From Balamuthia mandrillaris (lineage: Eukaryota), in NCBI GenBank assembly GCA_031835245.2, contig JAVKOQ020000093.1:1-64000 (forward strand): 64,000 bases of DNA, given 5' to 3'. The notes beneath the pieces are model-generated. The model was not told where the DNA came from. It did not search any database and saw only the letters and a program-made list of their open reading frames with translations. The translations under genes and the position numbers were made by a program. Each line of letters opens with the position of its first letter. The stretch's first letter is position 1. Of the stretch, positions 10,937-26,675 are shown piece by piece.

Positions 10937-12584
10937 CTTGGTTTTCTCCTTCTTCTTCGAAAAGCTTGTCTGCAAAAATATATGTCCTGTTGTCGACGGT
11001 AACGCTGTCCTTTTCTTTGTGTTGGAGGATTGGAAAGCATCTAGCTAGTCACGGGGGGCAAATGGGTGCGTGAAAGCGTTTTCAATGTGGCTGGTCTTCG
11101 TTGATTGATGTGTGCTGCTGTTAGGGAGAGTCCAAAATGTATCACACCGGAAGGATCAGCCGCGATGGCTGTGCGCCAGAGAAGCCAAGCGGCACACTGC
11201 AAGGACTGTGATGGCTCCCTTCCTACTCTTCTGTCTTCTTGTTGTTCTGCTTCTTCTTCTTCTTCTTCTTCTTCTTCTTCTTCTTCTTCTTCTTCTTCTT
11301 CTTCTTCTTCTTCTTCTTCTTCTTCCTTCTCTCCTCCTTCTTTTTCTTCTTGACTTTTACCACTATCTCAATGTTCGTTCTTTCTTTCTTCTCTCTTTAC
11401 ACCAGGTTCCATTCTTTCTTTATCTGATCACACATGCTTACTTTTGCTCGTATCACACTTTCTCCACCATTCTGTTACGCCGCTTTTGGACAAGGTTTGT
11501 AAGCTCTTTGCTGTTTTTTGTTGAGAAGACCATCTTTAACAGTGTTTTTTTTGTTCCAGTTCGTGGTATCCCTCCAACCATTTCTTCAGCTTCGTCCTCA
11601 GTGCTGTTGTGATATTTCTCATGTCTGCCACGACTGCTTTTATGGAAACCTACACAATATCTGAAGTGGGCTTTTTCCGTGTTCTTCTTCGTCTTCTTGT
11701 TCTTCCTCTTCTTGTTCTTGTTCTTGTTCTTCTTCTTCTTCTTCTTCTCCTTCTCCTTCTCCTTCTTCTTCTTCTTCTTCTTCTTCTTCTTCTTCTTCTT
11801 CTTTTCTCCTTCTTCTTTTCTCCTTCTTCTTTTCTCCTTCTTCTTCTTTATTTACAATGCTATTTTTATCTTATTTCTTCAATAGGTGCCTTACTACTCT
11901 CATAGCAACAAGTACATGATGTATACTGTAGGCTCCGTTTTCTATGCCATCTATTTTTATGTATCCTTTCCCATGTTTTACAGGTTCGTTATTCTGCTCC
12001 TTCCTCTTCCTCTTCTCGCCGCTGAAATCCTTTTCATATGCTGGGTGCAACTCTGCCTTATTGCTTTGTTAAAGGATTGAAGAGGAAGCAGCAGACAAAT
12101 GGGATTTGCAACGAGTTGTCCTCGACGCGCTGGCTGCAGGCATGGCGGTCATGCTCTTTCTTGACTTTTGGCGCCTCCTTCTGCCCTCCATCCAACCTGC
12201 CACTGATGACGCTGGTTCTTTGCCGCTTACCGCACCGTGCTTCCAACTGGAATGGCATCCCTTACTTTGACCATTGACAAACGCTTCCCTCTTTCTGCTC
12301 CCCTCAAGAGGGCATGTTGTTTTTCGAAGTTTCGTTGTGCTTTGATCTTTGGGCAGCCTTCTCTTTCCCTGTCCTCTGGGGCCTGCTACTCAAAACCAGG
12401 CACTAGACCACTGTTCTCTTCTTTTTGCTCCTGAAAGTTGGTGGTACAGTCCCTGGTTTTGAATAGCAGTCTTCTCACAATGTTTGATGCCTCTCTCTTT
12501 TCGCTCTTCTCTCCTCTCTCTCTTTTTGCTGGTGATAAAACGAGTTTAAAGCAGACGAGTTAAATTATGAGAAAAAGAAAACAA

Positions 12585-15500
12585 TTACTGCCTGGGAGCA
12601 CCACGACCTCTCTTGACAGTGGACCATCCATCATCCTCTTCGCCAGAGGGCTCACGATCTCCCCTTCCTCTCCCTTCATCTCCACCACGGGAAGGAGGAC
12701 CGCCAGCACCACCACGTCTCCATTCGTCTCCACCGCGAGTAGGAGGGCCGCCACGTCTGTCTCTGTCATCTCTCCACTCATCACGAGGACCAGCGCCACG
12801 TCGAACAGGCGGACGGTACTCTTCCCTCTCTCGTCCAGCGGGAGGGCGGTACTCTTCCCTCTCTCGTCCAGCAGGAGGGCGGTACTCTTCTCTATCTCTT
12901 CCGACAGGGGGGCGGTACTCTTCTCTGTCTCTCTCCCGCTCCCTGTCTCTCCCGACGGGTGGGCGATACTCGTCTCTGTCCCTTCCAGCTGGGGTACGGT
13001 ACTCCTCCCTGTCACGGCCGCCGCGAGGAGGACGGTACTCTTCCCTATCTCTTCCGACAGGAGGACGGTACTCGTCTCTATCTCGGCCAACAGGGGGACG
13101 GTACTCATCTCCGCGTCTTGCGGCGGGAGGTCGCCTTTCCCATCTGCGTTCTTCCTCAGGCTCTTCTCGAGTGGGGGAAGGACCACGTCTCCAACCTTCG
13201 GCTTCCGCTCTGGCAGAGGGAGGGCGGCGAAGTGGCGGACCTTCTTCTCTTTCGCTTTCTCTTTCTCTTTCGGGTGGCATGCCACCAGCAGCTCGTCGCT
13301 TGGCCTCCTCCTGCTCGCGCAATAGCCTTCTCTTCTCCTCCATGCGCTTGATCTTTTGGAGGCGCTCCTCCTCCACTCTTTGTTCCTCTGCTCGGCGCAG
13401 CTCCTCCTCCCGACGAGACTGTTCCTCTCTCTGTTGCTCCTCTGCCTCAGCGCGTTGTTGCTCCTCTGCCTCACGCTCGCGAGCACGATCCTGTTGCTCG
13501 GACCTATGTTTTTCCTGTTGTTGTCGTCGTGCCTCCTCCTCCTGGCGGCGTTTTTCCTGGGCAACTGCCAGCTTGGCTCGAATTTCCACCAGACGTTTGT
13601 CCTGCTCGGCCTTGGCCACCTCGTAGACGGCCTGTCGGCGCTTCATAAGCTCTTCCTCAAAGGCCTTGCGGTAGGGTTGCATCTTAGAGAGGCGCCTCTT
13701 CTCCTCCAGCTTCTTGATGTGGGCCGCTTCCTGAGTCTTGTGGAATTGTTGGCGCTGCTCCTCGTAGAGGGCACGGTGGGCCTCTTGCTGCTTGTCAAAG
13801 GCGGCTCGAAGGAGAGGTTGCTCTTCTTCCCTCAGGGCTCGTTCCAGATGGTCCATGCGCTTGGCTAAGTTGGTTATCTTGTGCTCCATTTCCTTCTGCG
13901 CTTTATTGATCTTGCGCTGCTTCTCCTTGAGGATCTCTTGCGCGTCGACTTGTTCGTTTTCCAGCTTACGTAACAAGGACTGGGCAAGGGAGGCATGCTT
14001 GGTGGAGCTCTGCTGGAGGGCAACCAGCTGCTCGTGAACTTCCTTCGTGGTCTGTTCCTTGGCGACTGCCTTCTTCTTTTCCTCCTCCCTGAGCTTGGCC
14101 TCCCTCTCCTTGATCTGCGCTTCTTTGGCCTTGCGGGCTTCTTCCTCCTTGCGGGCAGCTTCTTCGGCGGCCTTGGCGCGAAGCTTGGCGAGCTGCTCCT
14201 TGATTTCCTTGCGCTTCTCGATGATCCTCTTTCTTTCCAGGATCCTCTGGTTCTCCTTGGCCAAGTTGCGGAGGACACGCTGGAAAAGGGCTTGCCTCTT
14301 CTGAAGCTGCTCGACGGGATCCTGTGGCTTTACGCGGTCCACCACCACTTGCAAATTGCGGCCGAGGTTGGTCAGCTGACTTCTCAACTGGTCCGACTCG
14401 AGTGTCTGTCCTCCAAAGTGGAGGGCTCCCTTCTGGTGGTCCAAGCGTGCGTCTACATAGCGCTTGTGCACGATCTCGACAAGACTTCTCTCCAGCTCAG
14501 GGCCTTGCACGAATGGAGCCAGCTCAGCCAACTTCTTCAGCTGAACGGTTTGGTAGACCTGGGAGAGCTGTTGCAGCAAACGCACAAATAGGACTCGTTC
14601 CAGCGGCTCCCTGTACTTCTGCAACAGCTCGTGGGAGCCGATGAACTCGAGCGTGGAGGAGACGGAGCGCGAAAATTCCAACGGGTGGAACTTCTCCTCC
14701 ATTTCGTGGTAGAGGTCTCGCAGCTCGGGGAAGACGTGGGCGGGGAGGTTGCGTGCCACGAGCTCCGACAACAACACGTCGCGCTGAGGAGTGAAGGTAG
14801 GTCCCAGGAGGGCGGCCAGGCGCGCAGTCTTCTCCTGTTGGCCGTCATCCATGTCAAGGAAGCTCTCGTGGGGCTTCGCAGTATCGGGGGGAATGCTCAA
14901 GGCAGAGACCAATACGGCGGAGGCCATAGCACGGAGGCGTTCCTCATCAGCGGCGCCTGAGGTGCGAAGCACCATATAGTGCTTGAACCAAGCAAAGGAG
15001 TGGAGGAGATAATTCTTAGCCACCCAAAAGATCTGGGTAAGCTTCTCGTAGTAGGTGGCCATGAGTTCCGGCTCTGGGGCTTTCTTGGAGAAGGTCATGA
15101 GGCCGTGGATGTCTTCCGCCGTGCGGAACGCCTCTTGCCAGAGCTCCAAGTTGCTTGCCACGTTCAGCTGCTTGAACCTGATCTCCATGTGGAGAAGAAG
15201 GCTCTCTGCATTGGACAGGCTGATGGCATTGGTTTGGTGGCTGTACTTGCTGATGTTAACCAAGTGGGTGCGCAAGATTTCGCTCAGCCTCTTGAACTCA
15301 GTGAAGCGCTTGTACTTCTCGCAAAACTCAAAGGCCTTCATACAAGTCTCCTGATAGAGCTTTTCCAGCTTGTGGTTGTTGCGCAGAATGTCCAGTACCG
15401 TGCGGTAGGCTTCCCACAGGAACTTGAGCCAGGGTGTAACCAAAGCTCTGTCCGTTCGGTCCTTGGCCTCCACCAGCCCTTCCGTCGAGGTCTCCTCAGA

Positions 15501-16211
15501 CTCCAGGTCCTCGATGTTGAGCGTGATCTTCTCTGCCTTTTCCTGTGCCCCTTTGGCTTGTTGTTCGGCCTGTTCAAGAAACGCTTTGATCACAACTCCC
15601 AAGGAGGCGATGTTGGCTTGTTGGCAAATACCTCGGTATTGGTGCAGTCCATCTTTGGCTTCCTTGCCGCGTCTAAGCTCTACGCAAAGGTTGATATATT
15701 TCAACTGGTTTTTTTTAACCGCCAAGTTAGAGAAGGACAGAGAGAGACAGAGAGACAGAGAGACAGAGAGACAGAGAGACAGAGAGACAGAGAGAGACAG
15801 AGAGACAGAGAGAGAAAGAGTCGAAGCGGAGTGAGAAAACAAAGGGCGAAAAAAGAACCATGAGGGCCTCGTGAGACTTTTGCCATGTGCGGTGACGCTT
15901 GGAGGTAATAACGCCGCGCAAAGCATTGAGGGCTTCTTCTCTGTGTCCGACCTCCAAAAACTCTGCAGCGGGTAGAGTCAGTGGACAGGAAAAGCAGCGG
16001 ATAGGAGCGAAAAAAAAAATCAAGAAGATATAACAAAAGAACAATGTTTTGCTCCACCAACACAAAAGAACGAATCGCGTGTTGCACAAAAATAATCACA
16101 CTGAAACAAAACCAAAAGCAAAAAAAAAAATAATAATAAGTAGAAAGAAATGGGACACTGACCCTGCGCTCTTTTGAGAGCATTCTCAGGTTTTACGAAA
16201 CGGCTGTGCAT
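12585..16211 (-). CDS. EIF3A: Eukaryotic translation initiation factor 3 subunit A
   Basis: Exons 16211-16163, 15962-15859, 15704-12585. Motifs KPENALKRA, VTPWLKFLWEAYRTVLDILRNN and ELWQEAFRTAEDIHGL; PCI region, coiled coil and C-terminal R/D/P repeats. Confidence 0.97.
12805..13115 (-). repeat. Coding tandem repeat (~30-33 bp unit) encoding GRDREEYRPP in the eIF3a C-terminus
   Basis: About nine EYRPP/EYRTP units visible in the translation. Confidence 0.85.
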
Positions 16212-16679
16212 TATTCTTTCTTCGGGGGTGGTGAGAGACCGACGAAAAAAAAAATCTGAAAAAAAAAAAAAAAGAAGATCGCCCGCTGGGCAGAGAGAAC
16301 GAGGAAGGAAGAAGGAAAACAAGAGAACTCGAGCGAAGAGCGGGACTCCCTTCTGCTTCTTTCTTTTTCCCCTTTTCTTCTTTTCTTTTTATTTTTATTT
16401 TTTTTTCTTTGGCCACAGAAATAAAATGGGCCCACACTGGAATAGGAACGTCTTTCATTGCCAGCCCTTCGACCTGGCCTTTCTAGCGGGCGTACGGACA
16501 GTTTTTGTGGGATACCGTCTCCCCAGTTGGATCAAGAAACGACCAGGAATGCCTGAGGGTTTACCTCGTAGCACTTGGATTTTTTTTCGCTTCGCTCCGT
16601 TATTTTTTTCACTCCAAAAAGAAAAGAAAGAGAGAGCGAATTCTTCTGTTTTTGTTGTGTGTGAAGAAAAAAAAAAAAG

Positions 16680-18854
16680 ATGCTTGGAGAGGAGCCCGCA
16701 CTGGTGGAGAAAGGTGAGGAGGGCGTCGGGCTGGGCGCCGAGGTGGAGGAGGTGGAGGAAGTGCTGGAGGGCGTGGAGGCCACCACCCTCCCCAACTTTC
16801 GCCTGCAGGGCAGCAACGCCGCTGTCTTTGAGGAGGAGGACGAGGACGGCTACTACGAGGAGGACTACCGCGACCATAAGGTGGCCGTCATCCCAGAGAC
16901 CGTCAAGCACTTCCTGCAGTACTTTTACAAGCAGATCAAGGCCAAGAACACGGACGAGATCGTGTCCATCTACGACTCCACTTTCAGCAAGCTCTCTGAG
17001 CGCTTCTACAAGAACAGCCTGTGGCCAGTGGACAGCCAGATTGCTCCTCTTGTTGACAATGGTTTGTTTTTTTTTTCGCTCACACCCTTCCTCCTTCTCA
17101 CCACTCTTCTCTCTCTTTTTTTTTTCTCCCTATTATCTCTTCTCCTCTCGCTCTTCTCTTCTCTGCTCCGTTTTCTCACTGTCTTTCTTGTTTGCGAAAA
17201 CCACACAGACAAGTCTTTCCTCATTCTTTACAAAGAGCTTTACTTCCGTCACATCTATTCCAAACGCGAGGTCCCAACCCTTCAACAGCGTTTCGCTTCT
17301 TGGCAAAATTACTCTGAGCTCTTTGACTTTTTGTTAGGTAGGTTTTGCCAAGCTCATCTCTCCTTTCCCCTCTTGCTTCTGAGTGTTTCTCTTCTCTCCG
17401 ACTCCATTTGTCGCTTTCTCTCTCCTTTGCTCTCCTCTCTCTCTCTCCCCTCATTCTTACCTCTTTTTCCCTCGATCAGATCCGGAGACACAGAATCAAA
17501 TAGACTTGCCACTGCAGTGGTTGTGGAACATCATCGATGAGTTCATCTACCAATTCCAGACCTTCTGCCAGAACCGCTCCAAGCTCTCCAATAAGTCCCC
17601 CGAAGAGATCCAAATGCTCAAAGATAATCCTCAGGTGTGGAACATCAATGCCGTCCTCAACTACCTCGAACGTTTTGTCCAAGTCTCCAACATTCACCAA
17701 ATCCTCAAACAAGAAGCCGAAGAAGAGGGTTCTTCTTCCTCCCATAATAACCGAAAATACACTCTCCTCGAAGCGTTGGGCTACTTCAGTCTCATTGGCT
17801 TGCTCCGTGTTCACTGCTTGCTCGGGGACTATCATCTTGCCCTACAGACCCTCCAACCCATCGACATGAGCAAGAAAGGTCTCTTTGCGCGAGTAGCCGC
17901 CTGCCAAATTACTCTCTACTACTACGTCGGCTTTGCTTACATGATGCTGCGGCGCTACGTGGATGCAGCCAGGCTCTTCACCAACATCCTCATCTACATT
18001 GGCAGGACCAAGCAGTACCACACTCGCTCCTACCAGTACGAGCAGATCTTGAAGAAGAACAAGGAGATTTACAACTTGCTCGCCATCGTGGTTTCTCTCA
18101 GCCCTCAAAAGATTGGCGATGATAACATTCACTCCCAGTTGCGCGAGAAGTGTGGCGAACACATGGCTCGCATCCAAAGAGGGTACGTCTCCTCGCTTCC
18201 ACTCCTTTTTCTTTCTCTGTCTATTCTTCCTCTTGATTGACTTTTTCTGTGAATTGGTGCTGATAATTTTGTTGCACAGAGACAACTCGGCCTACGCTCA
18301 GCTCTTCGGTACTGCTTGCCCCAAGTTCATCAGTGTTGCCCCTCCTGATTATGACGACTCCCATGACCACCACCAGGTTTTATTTCTCCTTATCTCTTTT
18401 TCTTCCTCTCTCTCTTTCAACCACTAATTTTTGTAAACCAACGTAGGATGCGCGCAACTTGCAAACCAGCGTATTCATGGAAGAAGTTCAACAACAGAGC
18501 CTGATCCCAACCGTACGCAGCTACCTGAAGCTCTACTCTACCATCCCAGTCAGCAAGCTGGCATCCTTCGTGGACAAGGATGAGGCCACTTTCCGCGCTT
18601 TCCTTCTCCGCACCAAACACAAGACGCACAACCTTGTGTGGTCGTCAGGAGAACCCCTGCGAGGCGAGTGGACACTCGGCACGGACGTCATGTTCCACAT
18701 GGACCAGGATGACATGGTGCACATTGCAGACACGAAGATTGCGCGAAGGTTTGGCGACTATTTCATCCGCCACATCAACAAGTTTGAGCACATCATCAAC
18801 CAGGTGCAACGAGGTCCTTCTTCTTCTGGTTACCGTGGTGGTTACAGAGGATGA
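16680..18854 (+). CDS. EIF3L: Eukaryotic translation initiation factor 3 subunit L
   Basis: Exons 16680-17061, 17209-17337, 17480-18182, 18280-18376, 18447-18854. Motifs LYKELYFRHIY, WLWNIIDEFIYQFQ, LGYFSLIGLLRVHCLLGDY, RSYLKLYSTI and RRFGDYFIRHINK. Confidence 0.96.
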
Positions 18855-18949
18855 GTAGTCAACGAACTTGTAGGGAATGGGTTGTTTCTTTTTCTCACAC
18901 ACAAAAAAATAGAGCGTCGTCTCTTCAACACAACCTTTTTACAGTGTTT

Positions 18950-18998
<49 letters not shown>

Positions 18999-19072
18999 GA
19001 ATGCAAGGAACGAGAAAGAATGTGACAGCCAATTCATTAACAGGTGGGCAAATAAAACAACAAAAACTCACG

Positions 19073-19662
19073 ATGAGACTCGCAGTGTTGGCTTTCATCT
19101 GTTTCGCTCTCGTTGGCTTCTTTGCTAGCTTCTCTTCGGGTTTTTACATGGCTTCCTCTCACGAAAGAAAGTTGCTTGCACTCGCTCACTTTGCTCCTCT
19201 TCTTTCTCGTTCTTGTTGCCCTTCTTCATCTTCCTCCTTTCTGTGCTTTTGCTGTTATTATCAGCGCAGGACTGCTACGTCTCCCTCACTCCCTACGCTA
19301 ACGCTTCCTGCCTGGGAGAACCTGCTGACTCGGGCTGTGTCACCGAGCTGGCGAGCGACGGCCAGTGCAACCCCGTAGAAACCGGACAGAGCTCTCGCAT
19401 CCACTGCGACTTCAAGAACGGCACCTTCTACTCCTCTGCCCACTGCAACGGCACGGCAACAGACTTTGCCGATCAACAGTGCGTGGAGGTGCCCTCCTTG
19501 GGGGTCTACATAAAGGCGCAGTGGGACATGGACTGTGATGGCCACATCATCGATGGTGGTGGTAGTTCCAGCTCGTCTGGTGGAGGAGATGATGGCGACG
19601 ATTCTCCTGCCACCTTCCTTTCTGCTTCCTCATGGTGGAGGGTGGTGTTTGTGTTGCTTTGA
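19073..19662 (+). CDS. Small secreted Cys-rich protein, probably GPI-anchored
   Basis: Signal peptide MRLAVLAFICFALVGFFASFSS, one intron, Cys-rich body with N-glycosylation sequons, G/S/D linker and hydrophobic C-terminus. Confidence 0.7.
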
Positions 19663-19852
19663 GCAGAAGAAAGGGAAAGAAGGGAAGGGAAGGGAAGGAA
19701 GGGAAGGAAGGAAGGGAATGCAAAGAAAAGGTTTTACAGTGGGATAACAAAAGAATAGAAAAACAAACAAAAGCAAAAACACGCCATCCACGCTCACAAA
19801 CAGATGCCTATCGCTTTTGTTTCGTGTTGGGGGAAAAAAGAGAGACCAAACT

Positions 19853-22614
<2,762 letters not shown>

Positions 22615-22799
22615 TGTGATTGTGTGTCAGTGTGTGGTATGCTAAAAAAATAACAAGAGAAAAAGGGTGTGTCTGATCGCTTTATTCGCCTGTGATTGTC
22701 TCTTCTGCGAACTTTTCTCTCTCTCGTTGTAACCGCGCAGAGGGAGGTGTCAGGCGACCCTCAGGCGATGTCGTGCCAACGCGCGATTTGATGGCTCCG

Positions 22800-22882
22800 C
22801 ACGTGACGTCATGAAAATATGATCTAAAATCGGGATTCCTGCGAAAACTCGATCGATCGTGCATTCCATCGAGCTGTCGACA
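22800..22882. promoter_or_regulatory. Candidate elements in the CDC48/SNRNP40 bidirectional promoter
   Basis: Overlapping E-box/CRE CACGTGACGTCA (22800-22811) and palindrome TGTCGACA (22875-22882) in the ~440-bp divergent gap. Confidence 0.45.
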
Positions 22883-23051
22883 AACGAAAGGTGGCGAAGA
22901 AGGCGAATCGAATCTTGGCGATACCCCGTCCCCAGACCCCTCCTTCTTCCCTTTCTTTGTTCATCTTCTGGCGCACACACCCTCCGTACGAATTTTTAAA
23001 AAAATTGGAGTGAAAGATAATCCTTGAAAAAATCACAAGTCAAAATCGAAG

Positions 23052-23613
23052 ATGGAAGGCAAAAGAAAGTTCGACACCGGGCAAGAGGCAGCGGCCGGTT
23101 CCAGTGAAGATGGGCCTAGCAAAGGTACTTCGTGTGTATCCCTCTCAAGTTATTATTTCTATTTTTTTCGTGCGATTGACCAACTCTCGAATGAACACGC
23201 AGAGCTCTCTCTGGTGGTCAGCAAGAAAGCCCGCACCGACAACCAGCTCAGTCTTCCCACCAAAGGCAAAGAACTTTCTGTGTCAGGCGTAAGTTCCATA
23301 GTTGTTTTTTTTTTCTCCCTATCACTCCTTCCTATTGTTTGTTGTCTTCACTCACCTGTTTTTGTGGTCTCTCTTTCTCTGCTCAGTCGCAGCCTGCACG
23401 CAGAACGTCCGGTCTGTTGGCTCCGATCATGTTGCTGACGGGGCACCAGGCTGAAGTCCACACCGTCAAATTTGATCCTAAGGGCAAGGCCTTGGCCTCT
23501 GGCTCCTTTGACAAGAGAATATGTTCGTTTGTTATCCTCCCTCTTTTCTTTTCTCTCTCGTCCTCTTTCTCTAATACCCTTCTCTCCCACTTCTCTCTGT
23601 CCCACCTCTTTCA

Positions 23614-23644
<31 letters not shown>

Positions 23645-24899
23645 GCTCTCCTCGTCTCACCCTGCAGTCTTGTGGGATGTCTATGGAGAGTGCGAGAACT
23701 ATGCCGTGTTGGATGGTCACAAAAACGCTGTTTTGGAGCTGCACTGGTCCACCGATGGAGAGTTCGTCCTTCTCTCTTTTTGCCAAGCTCTGCAGCAGTG
23801 TGTGCTAATAGTCTCATCTTTCCCCTCTGCTCTTCTCCTCTTTTCTCTTTGACAAGTCGGTTGTACTCGGCTTCTGCTGACAAGACAGCAGCCTCGTGGG
23901 ACGCCGAGGTTTGTCGCCGTTTACGCAAGTTTGGAGAGCACAACGCTTTTGTCAACACATGTTGCCCTTCTCGCAAAGAAGATCCGCTTCTCGTTACTGG
24001 ATGTGATGAGGGAATGGTTAAGGTACTTTCTCTTCAGTTGCTTTTTTTTTGTCTAGTACTGATAACTTCAAGTTGTGGGACACACGAGTCAAAAGAAGCC
24101 AGGCTACTTTTGAGCACAGCTATTCAATCACCGCCGTAGCCTTTTCAGAGGACGCACAACAAGTATTTTCAGCTTCTCTTAACAACAAGATTAACGTACT
24201 ATTCTCTCTTCTCTCTCTCTCTCTCTCTCTCTCTTTTCCTCTCTCCTTCTCTCCATCTTCATCTCTCATGTTGCTTTTTCTTTCTTGGCGCCTTTCTGCA
24301 TCTTTTTACCTCCCCTCCCCTATCCTAAAGGTATGGGATGTGCGGAAGCAAGACGTGGTCTACACATTGGACGACCACAACGAAACTATAACGGGCATCA
24401 GCTTGAGTCCAGATGGGTCCTACCTGCTAACCAACTGCATGGACAACTTTCTCCGGATATTCGACATTCGTCCGTTTGTGCCGGGTGACCGTTGCCTCAA
24501 ATTCTTTTCGGGAATCGCGGTACATTTCTCTTTCTTCATTCTTCTTCGTGCTTCTTTCTTTTATCTTCTTTCTTTTTGCTTCTTTCTTATATCTTCGTCT
24601 CCAGCTTTTTTTGTCTTTCTTCTCACACAAACTTTTTTCTTTGTACCTTGTTCGTTCAAAAACAGCATGGATTCGATCACAACCTGTTGAAGTGCAACTG
24701 GTCAGCGGATGGCAGCAAAGTATCCGGCGGCTCTGCCGACCGGTTGGTTCACATTTGGGACACGACCAGCAGGAAGCAACTGTACATGCTGCCGGGCCAC
24801 ACCGGAACCGTCAACGAGGTGGCCTTCCACCCGAACGAACCCATCATCGTCTCTTGCTCTGCCGATAAGAACATTTATCTTGGCGAGATAGAGCCTTGA
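23052..24899 (+). CDS. SNRNP40: U5 snRNP 40 kDa WD40 protein
   Basis: RTSGLLAPIMLLTGHQAEV, WDVYGECENYAVLDGHKNAVLELHW, and LYMLPGHTGTVNEVAFHPNEPIIVSCSADKNIYLGEI. Multi-exon. Confidence 0.93.
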
Positions 24900-25249
24900 G
24901 GTTTCTTTTTCTTTTTTTTCCTTCAAAAAAAGTTTTTATGTTTGTTTATTCTTACTTGGGTTTCCTGTGCGATAAGAGAGAGAGAGAGAGAGAGAGAGGT
25001 GGATTATACTCTTTCTTTTTTTTTTTCGTTTATTTTTTTAATCTGTTATTTTTTTTATTTTTATTTTTTTATACTTTTTTAATATTTTTTTATTTTTATT
25101 TATGTAAACGTGCAGCTTTGTTGCCCAAAAAGTGCACATTTACATGTCAAATGGTTCAGCATTTCTTGACTGGTGCACTATTTCATGTCATTTTGACCTC
25201 AAAAGCAGCACCTCTTATAACAGAATAATTCGAAAAGAAAAAGAGAGAG

Positions 25250-26568
25250 ATGGAAGGCAAACAACCGTCTTTTGGGATGATGGGTCCTCCGCCACCGTAT
25301 CCAGGGGGAGGAGCGGGAGGAGTGGCGGCCGCCACTCCAAGCAGCAGCAAACCGTCATCCAAGGAAGGAGGATCGCCGCTTCGACCCAACTTGCCTCCTG
25401 TTCCCAACGCTTTTCCTGAAGTCCAAAGACTTTCGTACCTCATCGCTTCTTTCTTCTTCTTTCTGCTTCTTCTTTTTCTTCTTTTGCTTCCTTGTGACCT
25501 TTTTTAAAAAAACAAAAACAGCAACGCACAAGTGCAAAACCTGTTGAAAGACGAACAAGCGTTTTTGGCGTATGCCGACAATCTGCCCTTCTTCAAGCAG
25601 CTCTACAAGATTCGTGATGACCTGCGCGATACCAATGCCCAACTCGCTGGTTGGTACTGCCTTTTTTTTAAAAGTTCTCTCTCACTTTGAAACTACGTTA
25701 TTCTGTTTCTTGTTCTTGTTCTTGTTCTTCTTCTTGTTCTTCTTCTTCTTCTTCTTCTTCTTCTTCTTCTTCTTCTTCTTGTTCTTGTTCTTGTTCTTGT
25801 GCTTGTGCTTGTGCTTGTGCTTGTGCTTGTGCTTGTTTGCTTTGCTTGTGCTTGTGCTTGTGCTTGTGCTTGTGCTTGTGCTTGTGCTTGTGCTTGTGCT
25901 TGTGCTTTGCTTGTGCTTGTGCTTGTGCTTGTGCTTGTGCTTGTGCTTGTGCTTGTTCTTCTTCGAATTCCTTTTCTCTCTTCTCTCTTCTCTCTTCTCT
26001 TCTCTCTCGCTTGGTGTTTGTTAATGTTTGGTTCCCTTGTGCTATTCTTATGTGGTTTTATTTCCTCCATTTAACAAAAAAACAGAACAAAACATAGGGA
26101 GCGAGGCAGAGCTAAGCGACCTACGAAGGGAGGTATTCGCCCTTCAGGAGTCCGTCAAGGAGAAGCGTGCAGTGTTGGAGCAAAAAGTTTTGCAGCAACA
26201 ACAAATTATGAGCGTACGTTTATTCTTCTTAACTCCTTTTCTTGTGGTTTTAACCCGTGTTTTTGTTTGTTTATAGAGGTTTAGCGTGCCGTCTTTAATC
26301 CAAAAGTTGGAGGAGGAGGCGGCTCAAACGGAAGGAGAGTCGGACCAGTTGGCCCATCAGTTCTTGGAAGGAAGTCTCTCTGCGGAGGACTTCACTAAAG
26401 CCTTCCTGGAAAAACGACAGCAGCATCACCTCCAAAAAGCAAAAAGCGAATATTTGCGTGTTCGTATTCCTTCTCCCTTTTCTGTTCTTCCGCTCTTTGT
26501 CTATTCGCTAGTTTATCTTCTCTGGCTGACCATTTTATTCACAATAGGTACATAATCCTAGCAACTGA
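25250..26568 (+). CDS. VPS37: ESCRT-I subunit VPS37 (Mod(r) domain)
   Basis: Pro-rich N-terminus, FPEVQRLS...LLKDE, coiled coil, and ESDQLAHQFLEGSLSAEDFTKAFLEKRQQHHLQKAKSE. Five exons. Confidence 0.85.
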
Positions 26569-26587
26569 ATAATTACTTTTTTTGATA

Positions 26588-26633
<46 letters not shown>

Positions 26634-26675
26634 CTTCTGAAACCCATGAGATGATGTAAAAGCATTGGGTTGTAA

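Noticed and set aside
12805..13115. Regularly spaced ~30-bp repeats resembling a CRISPR array
   Set aside because: These are coding repeats within eIF3a with no unique spacers and no cas genes; the context is eukaryotic.
25700..25960. Poly-Cys/Leu/Ala ORFs from (CTTGTG)n and similar arrays (also 43208-43602 and 62994-63157)
   Set aside because: Intronic microsatellites; the translations are artefacts.
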